From: Malacoraja senta
Lineage: Eukaryota
DNA length: 64,000 nucleotides
NCBI GenBank assembly: GCA_038087875.1
Contig: CM075991.1
Coordinates: 2,914,001-2,978,000 of the forward strand
Direction of reading: 5' to 3'
Shown here: piece by piece, positions 23,606-35,295 of the stretch
How the letters are laid out: each line of letters begins with the position of its first letter
Position numbering within the stretch: the first letter of the stretch is position 1
Translations under genes and position numbers: made by a program
The notes under the pieces: model-generated
What the model saw: the letters and a program-made list of their open reading frames with translations, nothing else
Database searches by the model: none
What the model was told of the DNA's origin: nothing

Positions 23606-26600
23606 GAATGTCTTCTCACTTTGTTGTGCTCTTCTTCAGTATTTACTACATACTCCAAGGTGCCATGTTCTGAGCCCACGTTTTGAACAATAACTTTATT
23701 GTTAATTTCTGTGCAACAACCTTTCCCACCGTTTCTTGTGAGCACCCGGCATTAACTCCTAATCTTTGTTTTGCAGCCAGCTGTCCAACTATTCTGCTAT
23801 TTGCTCCACATAATATTTTTTCAACAACCCTTTTGAAAATCATGTCTGTCTATCTTCTACTATGTCTGTCTATCTTTTCAAATAGGGCCTCCCTTCTTCA
23901 TGCCCATAAGACATATGAGCAGAATTAGGCCATTCAGCCAATCGAGTCTGCTCCACCATTTTGATCACGGATCATCTATTTTTCCCTCTCAACCCCATTC
24001 TACTGACTTCTCCCCATGACCTTTGATGCCGTTACTCAGCAAGAACCTATCAATCTCCACTTTAAAAACACCCAATGATTTGGCCGGCCATGGCAATGAA
24101 TTCCACGGATTCATCACCTTCTGGCTAAAGAAATTCCTCCTCATCTCCATTTTGAAATTTTGCAACCAACTTTTATTTGACTTTAGCTGGTGTTGTACTA
24201 CATAGAACATCGAACAGTACAGCAGAGAAACAGGCCCTTCAGCCCACAACGTCTGCGCTGAACATGATGCCAAGATGAACCAATTTCCTCAGCCTATACA
24301 TGAATGAATGAATACTTTATTGTCACGTGTAAAAAGTCACAGTGAAAATCTTTGCTTGCATACCCAAGTCGCCGCATACAGAGCGTTTACAAAGTTACAA
24401 AGTACCCCAGCGTTAAGTCCCCCTTTGTTCTCCCCCCTCCCCCTCCCACGCAACAGTCCCCCCTCGCCTGGTCCTCCATTGATCCACCACTCCATTTCCT
24501 CCATATCATTGTACAAATCTAAAAGCCTCTCAAACGTCACGATTCTATCTGCATCCACCACTATCCCTGGCAGCACGTTCCAGACACCCACTGCACTCTG
24601 TGTAAAACAACTTGCCCCACATTACTCCTTCAAACTTTACCCCTATCAAATTAAAGCTATGCCCTCTAGACTTTGGCATCCAGAGTCTGGGAGCAGGGTT
24701 CTCACCATCTACCTTGTCTATGCCTCTCACAATTTTGTAAACTTCTATCAGGTCTTCCCTCAGCTTCTGACACTCCAGAGAGAACAATCCAAGTTTGTCC
24801 AACCTTGTACTAATATCCTGTAATCCAGACAACATCCTGGTGAACCTGGTCTGCATCCTCTCCAAAGCCTCCACTACCTTCCTGTAATGGGATGACCAGA
24901 ACTGCACACAATACTCAAAACATGACTTCCTGACTCTCATATCATATACTCAATGCCCCAACCAATGAAGGCAACCGTACCATGATTCATTGGTTAGAGT
25001 TTTAGTCTTTGGTTAAAAGTTACAGTACCTGATCATGGTGAATCCACCCTGCCAAAGAGCACACGGGTTAATGGTTCAATCGTGGTTCAATGGTTTATTG
25101 TCACATCCACTGAGGTACAGTGAAATTCTTTATTGCATACAGTTCACCAAACGTATTACCATAATTAAGCAGAATCTTGGATTAAGAATGTTTATAGGAA
25201 TAGTACACTGAGTACAAGAGTCGCTAGGTTTTGCTGCCATTTTCAAGTCCAAGTTGTTGTAAGTGCAGAGTTTCTTAACCTGACTACAAAGGCCTGTTGT
25301 CTTGACAGCGTTGCAGTGTCGGCCTGGCCAAGTGAAGCTGTTGGTGTCCTTCACTGCAGCTCCACAGCTCCGTGCTACTGCAGGTCAATAGACAACAGAT
25401 AATAGACAATAGGTGCAGGAGTAGGCCATTCGGCCCTTCGAGCCAGCACCGCCATTCAATGTGATCATGGCTGATCATTTCCAATCAGTACCCCGTTCCT
25501 GCCTTCCCCCCATATCCCCTGACTTCGCTATTTTTAAGAGCCCTATCTAGCTCTCTCTTGAAAGCATCCAGAGAACCGGCCTCCACTGTCCTCTGAGCCA
25601 GAGAATTCCACAATTCCAGGTCGCATCTGGTCCGCACATTCACCAGTGAACCGTGGAAAACAAAGGAGAGAAGAACCATCTCGTGGTATTCTGTCTGCAC
25701 CAGTAATTACTGTGAAAAATAGATGCCAGATCCTAAACAACCAGGAAACAAAATACAGGAAATGTAAAATGTGTACGAAGGAACTGCAGCTGCAGGATTA
25801 AACCAAAGATAGACACAAAATGCTGGAGCGGGACAGGCAGCATCTCTGGAGAGAAGGAATGGGTGGTTTTGGGTCTCGTTTTGACCCGAAACGTCACCCA
25901 TTCCTTCTCTCCAGAGATGCTGCCTGTCCCGCTGAGTTGCTCCAGCATTTTGTATCTATCACAGGGAAGATAAACTTCCATCCCATCCATCGGAACCTCA
26001 GACAATATTTAAGAAGGTGCAAAATTGAAGGAAAAAAAGGCTGTTGCTAAAATAAGCAATGATAAAGTCACCTATTTTCAGGTGTATTTCTCCCAGGCTC
26101 CTGATTATTGAACGAAAATAATTCACGAAATTGCTCAAACTGATTAAAAATGAAGACAAATAAAGGGAGACTAATAAAGGTTCGAGTTTGCCAGGTAGAA
26201 ATTGATTGAAATTGTAAACCACTTCCTTTCGCAAATAGATACTTAGAGACATGTGCATCATGCCTGACACCTTTCATACTTAACTGATTTATTCACTTCA
26301 GCAGTGACTGTTTCAAACGACGTGGTTAAATCATGTAGAAATAAGGATCTACGGATGCTGGTTTACAAAAGATGACACAAGATGCTGGAATAACTCAGCG
26401 GATCAGTCAGCATGAATAGGTGACGTTTCAGGTTGGGATCAGTCTGAAGAAGGGTCATAACCCAAAACATCACAGATTCATGTTCTCCGGGGATGTTGCC
26501 TGACCCGCTGAGTTGCTCCAGCACTTCGTGCTTTGTTAGTTTAGTTTTTGTTTAGATTAGAGATACGGTGTGGAAACAGGCCCTTCGGTCCACCGAGTCT

Positions 26601-27692
26601 GCACCCAACAATGATCACCCTTGCACTAGATCTAACCTACACACCAGGGACAATTTATAATGGCAAATAACCAATAAACCTGCACTTCTTTGGAATGTGG
26701 GAGAAAACTGGTGCACCCAGAGAAAACCCACATGGTCACAGGAAGAATGTACGAACTCCATACAATTGTAGTCAGGATCGATCCCGGGTCTCTGATGCTG
26801 TGAGGCATCAACTCTACCGCTGCGCCACCCTAGTTATAGACTACCCAGGTGGAGTATGAGAAGTTACTTTTAACTTAAGTTGAACCTCACCCCAGGAAGT
26901 GGAGAAGGCCAAGGTGCAGCAGCACGGTGGCTCGGTGGTAGAGTCATTACCTTACAACGTCAGGGATCCGGGTTCAATCCTTACTAAGGGTGCAGTCTGT
27001 ACGGAGTTTGCACGTTCTCCCTGTGACCACGTGGGTTTTCTCCAGGTGCTCCGGTTTCCTCCCAAATCCCAATGACATGCAGGTTTATAGGTTAATTGGC
27101 TTTGTAAATTGTCCCTAATGTGGAGGATAGAACTAGTGTATGAGTGATCGATGGTCGGCGTGGACTCGTTGGGTGGAAGGTGTGTCTCTAATGCTAAAAC
27201 TAAACTAAAACTTAATTAAAATCAAAACCTTTACCAATCACTGGTTAGGCCTCAGCTGCAACACAATTCAGGGACTGCAAGTATTTGTCAACAGTGCTAT
27301 TTTATAAGAATACCGGCTTTGTTTCAGAAATGGGTTTGAAGTGGTATCCAGCAGGCTTTCAAGGCAGCTGATGTCTGTATGGTCATTGGCAAGGACTTTG
27401 GCAAGGTCTAACATGGTAGGTTAGTCAGAAGGTTAGATCCAGGGAGAATTAGCTAATTAGATAACAGTATGAAGGATCTTAGAGAAACATAAAATTCTTA
27501 AGGGATTGGATAGGCTCGATGCAGGAAAAATGTTCCTGATGTTGGGGGAGTCCAGAACCAGGGGTCACAGTGTAAGAATAAGGGGTAGGCCATTTAGGAC
27601 TGAGATGAGGGAAAATTTGCACCCAGGGAGTTGTGAATCTGTGGAATTCTCTGCCACAGAAGGCAGTGGAGGCCAATTCACTGGATGTTTTC

Positions 27693-28118
27693 TTTTTTTA
27701 AAAATATTTTTATTAGAAGCTTATACATATACCGATTACATACATACAAAGCTTCTATTTTTTATAAGATTTTTTTTTTGAAAGATAGAGCTGTAGAGAA
27801 AGAAAGCAGTAAGAGAAAAAAACCTATAAACTGATAGAGAGGGAAGGGTAAAAACAAAGGAAATTACCAATAACACGGTTTTGGACATAGGTCCGTAGAT
27901 TATAAGGTGTAATTATTCATCCAGTCCTGGATTCAAGTTTCAGTCCAGCTTCCGTGTTGAACCAATTTATCTTTTTTTTTAATCAATAAATGGAGACCAT
28001 ATTCTAGCAAATAGTTCTGATTTGTCAATTAAGACAAGTCTAATTTTTCCAAGTGACCTTCGTCTCAGATATCTCCGTAATCCACATTTTAATTGTGGGG
28101 GTTGTTGGGTTTTTCCAA
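27693..28118 (-). mobile_element. 5'-truncated L1-clade LINE with poly(A) and an 18-bp TSD, inserted in CR1
   Basis: Translates FWKNPTTPTIKMWITEISET. AATAAA and poly(A) on the minus strand. TSD aattcactggatgttttc at 27675-27692 and 28119-28136. Confidence 0.85.
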
Positions 28119-28728
28119 AATTCACTGGATGTTTTCAAGAGAGAGTTAGATTTAGCTCTTAGGGCTAAAGGAATCAAGGGATATGGGGAGAAAGCAGGAA
28201 TGGGATACTGATTTTGGATGATCAGCCATGATAATTTTGAATAGCTGGCTCGAAGGGCCGAATGTCCTGCTCCTGCACCTATTTTCGATGTTTCTATGTT
28301 TCTAAGCGAGGGTGGAGGTGGTAGCTTATGCTTTGGACTGGACCATCGGGGCCAAGTGTGTGCCAAAGGGGTCGGTATTGGGTGCTGGGCCCATTACTGT
28401 TTGTCACCTATAATCAACAATTTGGATGAGTATGTAAAAGGTAGGGTTAGTAAATTTGCAGGTAAGACTGAAATAGGTCTTATCGTTGACATTGAAGAAG
28501 GTTATCAATAGTTACAGCAGGATGTTGATCAGCTGGCGAAGTGGGCAGCGGAATGGCAAATTGATTTTAATTCAAATAAGTAGGAGGTTTTGCATTTTGG
28601 GAGTCAAACTAGGGCAGGACTTCCATAGCGAACAGCATGGGCTTGGGAAGTAGGTCAAACATAGACACCAGAATACCAGCACATAGTTGCCTGAAAGTGT
28701 TGGCACAAGTCATGCTGCGGTTGTATAA

Positions 28729-29285
28729 AGGGCCTGTCCCACTTGGGCGTCATTTGCGCGTCATTTAGGCTGGTAGTGACTAATGCGCGACAGTCGCCCG
28801 AAAATCGTCTAACAGTACGACAGTCGCGCGCCAAGTGCTCTTGAGGGCCCTGCTTCTTTTGGGAGCCATTTGCGATGTCGTTCGTACTTGGTCCGATCTC
28901 CGTGGCAAGGATTTTCCCAGCGAAATTTTTTCAAAACTACGTGCGCTTTATACCCGGGTGGTCACGTGGTGCAACGCTCAAATGACGCGCAAATGGTGCG
29001 CCGACGGCTTATGGTCGGCGCATGGTTACGGACGTTGATGCACGGTGACGCATAATAAATTAGCATAGGTAATGTTCGTGCGTCACCACGCGCTACACGT
29101 ACGCCATCAGAACGTCAGCGTGCGCAAGGTGGCGCACGAGGATTTTGAGCATTCCAAAATCCTGGGGCGCCGCGCCTTACCGCATGTCACTGCATACGCC
29201 ACCACGCCTCACCACGCGTGCGTCACGAAGCGCCAACCAATTTTTAGAATGTTGCGTAAATGACGCGCAAATGACGACAGGCCTT
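28729..29285. mobile_element. PIF/Harbinger-type MITE inserted in CR1
   Basis: Same TIR with TAA duplicated (28726-28728 and 29286-29288). Removal restores CR1 'ttgtataagacgttggtgag'. Confidence 0.85.
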
Positions 29286-29697
29286 TAAGACGTTGGTGAG
29301 ACGGCATTTAGAGTATTCTGTTCAGTTCTGGGCACAATGTTATAGGAAATATATTGTCAACCTTGAAAGGGTTCAGAGAAGATTTACGAGGATGTTGCCA
29401 GGACTAGAGGGTCTGAGCTACAGGGAGAGGTTGAGTAGGCTGGGTCTCTATTCCATGGAGCGCAGGAGGATGAGGGGTGATCTTATTGAGGTGTATAAAA
29501 TCATGAGAGGAATAGATCGGGTAGATGCATGGAGTCTCTTGCCCAGAGTAGGGGAATTGAGGACCAGAGGACATAGCTTCAAGGTGAAGGAGAAAGGCTT
29601 TAATAGGAATCTGAGGGGTACCTTTTTCACACAAAGGGTGGTGGGTGTATGGAACAAGCTGCTTGAGGAGGTAGTTGAGGCTGGGACTATCCCAACG

Positions 29698-30239
29698 TGT
29701 TTTTGAAAGTGGGGGGGCTGAGCGATCACTGATCACTGGCCTCGGGGGAACCCGGTCAGGGAGCGGAGCGACCGAGCGAGTGGGGAAAAGGGTGTGGGAG
29801 GGGGGCACAATTGTTATTTTTGTTGTTGCTCGACCTCCAAAAACTGGGGGATAATACAGGCCACCCCCAACTCTCAGGCCGACTCTCTCTCTCTCTCTCT
29901 TGCGACCGACTCTCTCTCTCTCGGGGGCCTTACTCCCTTCCGCTCGGCGGCTAATCACAGCGCTTCGTTCACTGCCCCATATCTCGACTGTGAACCGCGC
30001 TGTGTTTGGCCGTTGAGCGGAGGGGGGGTAGGGAGGGAGGGTTTTGGGGGGCAGTCGGTTTCCGCCACGGCTGGTCGTGGTTTTGCCGCGCTCACTGTCC
30101 GCTTGATCTGAGATTCTGGATGGCGGAGGTCCTCAGAAGAAGAGAAAAATACGACTGCGCGCCAGATAATTTTGGGTCATGAAGCATGCCTCGCCAAAAA
30201 AGTGGAGGGGCTGCAGCCCCCCCAGTTCCGCGGCCCATG
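29698..30239. mobile_element. Probable hAT-like non-autonomous DNA element inserted in CR1 (left end eroded)
   Basis: GC-rich insert splitting CR1 'cccaacgt|ttaagaaacag'. Ends with cagcccccccagttccgcggcccatg, with AAAGTGG(G/A)GGGGCTG subterminal motifs near both ends. Confidence 0.5.
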
Positions 30240-30863
30240 CGTTAAAGAAACAGTTGGACAGGTACATGGATAGGACAGGTTTGGAGGACCAAGTGCCGGC
30301 AGGTGGGACTAGTGTAGCTGGGACATGTTGGCTGGTGTGGGCAGGTTGGGCCAAAGGGCCTGTTTCCACACTGTATCACACTATGAATCTAAGGAGACAA
30401 GGTGGTGAAGGTTTTTGGCACACTGGCTTTGCTCAGTCAGGGGACTGCTAATAGACATTGGGATGATATGTTACACCTGTACAAGACGTTGACGAGGATT
30501 CACGCTGTATTACATACAATTTTGGTAACTCTGTTATAGGAACGACTAGAAAGAGTGCAAAGCAGATTTATGAGAATGTTGCAAGAACTCAAGGGCCTAA
30601 ACTGAAGTGAGAGGTTGGACTTTTTATTTTTTAGTGCAGGAGACTAAGGGTTGACCTTATAGAGGTGTATAAGAGCATGAGGGGCCTCAATGAGATGAAT
30701 TCACACCAAATCCTTTTCACAGGGTTGGGAAATCATGAACTAGAGAGCTAGAGTTTCAAGGTAAGAGGGGAAAGATTTAAAAGGGACCTGACAGGCAACT
30801 TTTTCACATAGTGGCTATCGCCAGAGGAAGTTGAGGCACATACAAAACAACATATAAAAGGCA

Positions 30864-31057
30864 CACAAAAATGCTGGAGAAACTCAGCAAGTGCAGCAGC
30901 TTCTATGGAGCGAAGGAAATAGGCAACGTTTCGGGCCGAAGGGTTTCAGCCCAAAACGTTGCCTATTTCCTTCGCTCCATAGATGCTGCTGCACCAGCTG
31001 AGTTTCTCCAGCATTTTTGTGTACCTTCGATTTTCCAGCATCTGCAGTTCCTTCTTT
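30864..31057. mobile_element. Fold-back Penelope pseudo-LTR palindrome
   Basis: Inverted arms. TSD aacaacatataaaa(a)ggca at 30846-30863 and 31058-31076. Confidence 0.8.
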
Positions 31058-32387
31058 AACAACATATAAAAAGGCATTTGGAAAGATACATGGATGGGAA
31101 AGGTTTTGAGGGATATGGGTCAAATGTGGCCAAACGGGACTAGTTTAAATGGCATCTTGGTCAGCATGGATTAGTTGGGCCGAATAGCCTGTTTCTGTGC
31201 TGTGTGACTCTTTGACTCGATGACAACAAAAAATACACGAGTGACGATGAACAATTTTAATGGTGGCATAAAACTGGATTGTCTCCATCGAACAGAGTAG
31301 ACTAATGAAGTGAAAGTTTAATAGTTTTTATTGCATTAAAAAAAATTGAGACCGCTGCAGGGAGAGTTGGTAAACAGATTGAAAATAATTGGAGAACAAT
31401 AAAAGATGATTGATTCAAACCACAGAGGGATAAGGGATCAGCTATTCATTTCCTTAAGTTTATTCTGTTCTCTACAGAAAGTTACAATTGAATTGAATTA
31501 CAATTGCTCTTTAATACAATATGTTCTATTAAACCAAACACTTGCGTTTACACCGCCAAGTCCCGGGTTCGATCCCGACTACGGGTGCCGTCTGTACAGA
31601 GTTTGTACGTTATCCCTGTGACCGCGTGGATTTTCTCCGAGATCTTCGGTTTCCTCCCACGCGGTCCCTCGTGTGTGTAGGATAGTGTTAATGTGCAGGG
31701 GATCACTGGTCAGTAGGGACTCGGTGGGCCGAAGGGCCTGTTTCCACGCTGTATCTCTAAACTAAACTAAACTAAACTTCTCAGTCTGGTCGCCCCATCA
31801 CAGGAAAGATGGGGAGTTTTTGGAAAGGGTGCAGAGGAGATTTACCAGAATGATGCCTGGATTATGGTGCTAGCTACAGGGAGAGATTGGACTGACGGAT
31901 TGTTTTCTCTAGAATGCAGGAGGTTTAGTGGAGACCTGATAGAACCATACAAACTTATGAAAGGCATAGATAGGGTAGACAGTCAAAACCCTTTCCCCAG
32001 AATGGAAATAGCAGCATTAACGAGAGAAGGGTAAAATTTAAAGGTGTGCGGGCCATGTTTTTTTATACACAGGGGTGCCTGGTGAGTGCCTGGAATGTGT
32101 TGCCATGGGTGGATATGGGGAGAAGGCAGGAGAATATGGTTGGGAGGGAGAGACAAATCAGCCATGATTGAATGGCAGAGTAGACTTGATGGGCCGAGTA
32201 GCCTAATTCTGCTCCTTTCACATAATCTTATGATCTTATGATATGCAGAGAATGGAAGAATTGGGTTATATGCAGGAAGATAAAGTGGGTCTTGGCATCT
32301 GGTTCAGCACACTTTGTGGGCCAAAGGGCCTATTCCTGCATGTTCTGTACTATGTTCTCATCTCTGGAGAGAATTTAAGATATTTAC

Positions 32388-32705
32388 GGGCGGCACAGTG
32401 GCGCAGCGGTCGAGTTGCTGCCTCACAGTGAATGCAGCGCCGGAGACCCGGGTTCGATCCCGACTACGGGTGTTTGTCTGTACGGAGTTTGTACGTTCTC
32501 CCCGTGACCTGCATGGATTTTCTCCGAGATCTTTGGTTCCCTCCCACACTCCAAGGACATACAGGTATGTAGGTTAATTGGCTTGGTAAATGTAAAAATT
32601 GTCCCTAGTGGGTGTAGGATAGCGTTAATGCGCGGAGAATCGCTGGTTGGCGCGGACCCAGTGGGCCGAAGGGCCTGTTTCCGCACTGTATCGCTAAACT
32701 AAACA
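32388..32705 (+). mobile_element. tRNA-derived V-SINE (HE1-like), full length. Other + copies at about 11060-11376, 17832-18130, 19773-20050, 21360-21648, 26918-27210, 31550-31777, 36845-37175, 47210-47500 and 59930-60225
   Basis: Pol III A box (TGGCGCAGCGG) and B box (GGTTCGATCCC), conserved core gtctgtacggagtttgtacgttctcccc, and a 3' end gggccgaagggcctgtttcc shared with CR1, ending in (CTAAA)n. Confidence 0.9.
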
Positions 32706-33425
32706 AAGATTTCTTGACAAAGAGACTGACTGAAGATTGCAGGGACAATTGGAAACAGCTGCAGGAAAACAGAGAAACATTGGAAAAACTGGGAACTGCA
32801 GATGCTGGAATCTGGAGTAACTCAGCGGGTCAGGCTGCATCTGTGGAGGGAATGGACACATGACATAGAAAATATGTGCAGGAGGAGACCATTCGGCCCT
32901 TCGAGCCAGCACTGCCATTCAATATGATCATGGCTGATCATCCAAAATCAGAGAGGCAAGAGTGGACATTCCTATCTTTTGCCTCACACTCTTCCTAAAC
33001 AGTGAAGTTACATTCACGATTCCCCAGTCCTCTGGAACCATTCCTGACTCTAGTGATTCTTGAAAGATCACTGCTCAAGCCTCCACAATGTCTACAGCTA
33101 CCTCTTTTAGAACCCAGGGGTGTAGTCCATCTGGCCCAGGTGACTTATCCACCTTCAGACCCTTCAGCTCCCAAGCACCTTCTCCTCAGTATTAGCGACT
33201 GCATTCACTTCTGCCCCCAAACTCTGACTTGAATTTCTGACACATTGTTAATATCTTCCACTGTGAAGACTGATACAAAAGACTTAAGTCCACCAATTCT
33301 TTGTTCCCCATTACTACTTCTTTTTGCAGCAGTCGAATGTCCACACTTGCCTCTCTTTCTATATCTGAAAAAACTTTTGGTATCCTCTTTTATATTATTG
33401 GCAAGCTTACCTTTATATTTCATCG

Positions 33426-34257
33426 TGTTAGTTTTTTCAACTTTTTTTAATTTTTTAGTATGTTTTAAAGTGTGTATTTAATGTTTCTTTGTGTGTCTTG
33501 TGTGGGGGTGGTGTGGGGGGGTAAGGGGGAAACCGCTTCGGTCGCCTCCTCCATGGAGAGGCGACTTTTTCCAGGTCGCCTCCCCCGTGGCCTAACATCA
33601 AGGATCGGCGCGGCCTTTCCCGGAGACGTGCCTGGGGCTTCAGCGGCGGGCGCAGCGTGGACTCTCGGCATGGAGCGGGTGAGCCCTCGTTGGGGCTCGC
33701 TGGAGGGGAGCGCTCCGTTTCGCTGGCCCGGGGCAGCCGGCAGCCTGAAGTCGCAGCCTGAAGTCGCGGTCTGCAGAGCTCCAGCTGGTGCGGCGTCTAC
33801 AGCCCGGGATCCCTCGTGGGGGACCCGGGGGAAGAAGAAGAAGCCATCACTGCCGGCCCGCGGCCAACTTCTACCGCGGGGCCGGCATGGACTTACCAAC
33901 ACCCCTGGAGGGGGGCTTCGACCACCGGCCCTGCAGTCTACGGTGCTTCTGGCTGCGGCGGAGACTTTAAATCTCGACAGCCGGCCTGCGGCCTACAACA
34001 ACTTAAAGCCGCGGTCTCTGGTGAGGAAGAGCCGATCCTGGACTGACTCTGGACTCTGGTCCTGTTCACGGAGGGGAAATGGAGGAGGATTGGCCACATT
34101 TTTGTGCCTTCCACCACAGTGATGAATGCTGTGGTGGATGTTTGTGTTACATTTTTTATTGTGGTTGTGTGTTCTTATTATTGTATCGCTGCTGACAACC
34201 CAAAATTCCACCAGCTTGGCTGTGTGGTCATTAAAATACTATACTATACTATACTAT
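33426..34257 (+). mobile_element. Uncharacterised CpG-rich non-autonomous retroposon (family members also at about 306-1055 on - and 35641-36187 on +)
   Basis: Shared 5' block (tgtggggg...gggaaac...gcgac...gtcgc...ggcctaacat), shared 3' block (gccttccaYcacag...ctgtggtggatgtttRtgtta), and an A(A/T)TAAA plus short tandem-repeat tail. Confidence 0.65.
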
Positions 34258-34569
34258 CTTTTCTCTCCTTATTGCTTTTCTAGTTGCCTTCTGTTGATTT
34301 TTAATACCTTCCAACCCTCTAGCTACCCACTAATCGTTGCAATGTTATATGCTTTGTCTTTTGCTTTTATGCTGTCTTTGACTTCCATCGACCATGGTCA
34401 CCTCATTCACCGCTTAGCATGTTTCTTCATCTTTGGCTCAAAAAGAACCTGCTTCTTCTGAATTACTCCCAGAAACTCCTGCCATTGCTGCCCCACTGTC
34501 ATTCCTGCTCGGGTCCCTTTCCAATCAACTTTAGCCAGCTCCTCCCTCATGCCTCTGTCGTCACCTTTA

Positions 34570-34814
34570 AGGGCCTGTCCCACTTGGCCGTCATTTGCGC
34601 GTCACGTAGATGGCGCGCGAAGATTTTGTACATCACAAAATCCTGCGACGCCGCGCGCGGCCGGGCGTCACTGCCTATGTCATCACGCACCATATACGCG
34701 TAATGCGCACCATGTGCACATCACGTCCGTGACACGACACGTGTGTCGTGCGCGTGATGCGTAAATGATGTCGCTTAAATTACGCTCAAATGACGGCCAA
34801 GTGGGACAGGCCCT
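34570..34814. mobile_element. PIF/Harbinger-type MITE
   Basis: TIR AGGGCCTGTCCCACTTGGCCGTCATTTG with a TTA TSD on both sides. Confidence 0.9.
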
Positions 34815-34839
34815 TTACTGAACAGTAGTCAAGAGAATC

Positions 34840-35295
34840 AAAAGTCAAGAGTGAGAGAGTCAAGAGTGTATATATTGTCATATGTCTCGGTTAGAACAAT
34901 GACATTCTTACTTGCAGCAGCACAACAGCATATGTAAATATAGTACTCTGTAAACAATATAATAAACAAGAGAAAATAAATACACATACTCACAAATACA
35001 CATATATATAGATCATATATATATATGTACACGCACACATACGTACACACACAAAAACAAATAATAGTGCAATAATTACAGTAATAGTCTATGTAGCTTG
35101 GAGCGTATTTGAGGTTGTAGTGTTTAATAGACGAATGTTTGTAGGGAAGAAGCTGTTTCTGAACCTGGACGTTACAATTTTCAGGCTCCTGAACCATCTT
35201 CCTGATGGCAGGGGTGAAATGAGTGTGTGGCCAGGATGGTGTGGGTCTCTGATTATGCTGGCTGCCTTTTTGAGACAGCGCCTCCGGTAAATACC
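34840..35295 (-). mobile_element. Rex1/Babar-like LINE 3' fragment
   Basis: Minus strand encodes RCLKKAASIIRDPHHPGHTLISPLPSGRWFRSL...SRFRNSFFP-type C-terminus, with a short-repeat tail. Confidence 0.7.

Larger units (their letters stand above)
28370..31220 (+). mobile_element. CR1 fragments hosting Harbinger, hAT-like and Penelope insertions
   Basis: ORF 29293-29706 VRRHLEYSVQFW...RGTFFTQRVV, plus CR1 3' tails. Confidence 0.8.

Noticed and set aside
25130..25740. Minus-strand open frame apparently split by a CR1 tail
   Set aside because: No recognisable protein similarity and no convincing splice-site pair.
32388..32470. tRNA-like sequence with A and B boxes
   Set aside because: It is the SINE head, continuing into the V-SINE core and CR1 tail, not a tRNA gene.
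33465..34122. 216- and 145-aa ORFs, and similar ORFs at 400-952
   Set aside because: They lie in the GC-rich non-coding repeat family, and frames are not conserved between copies.
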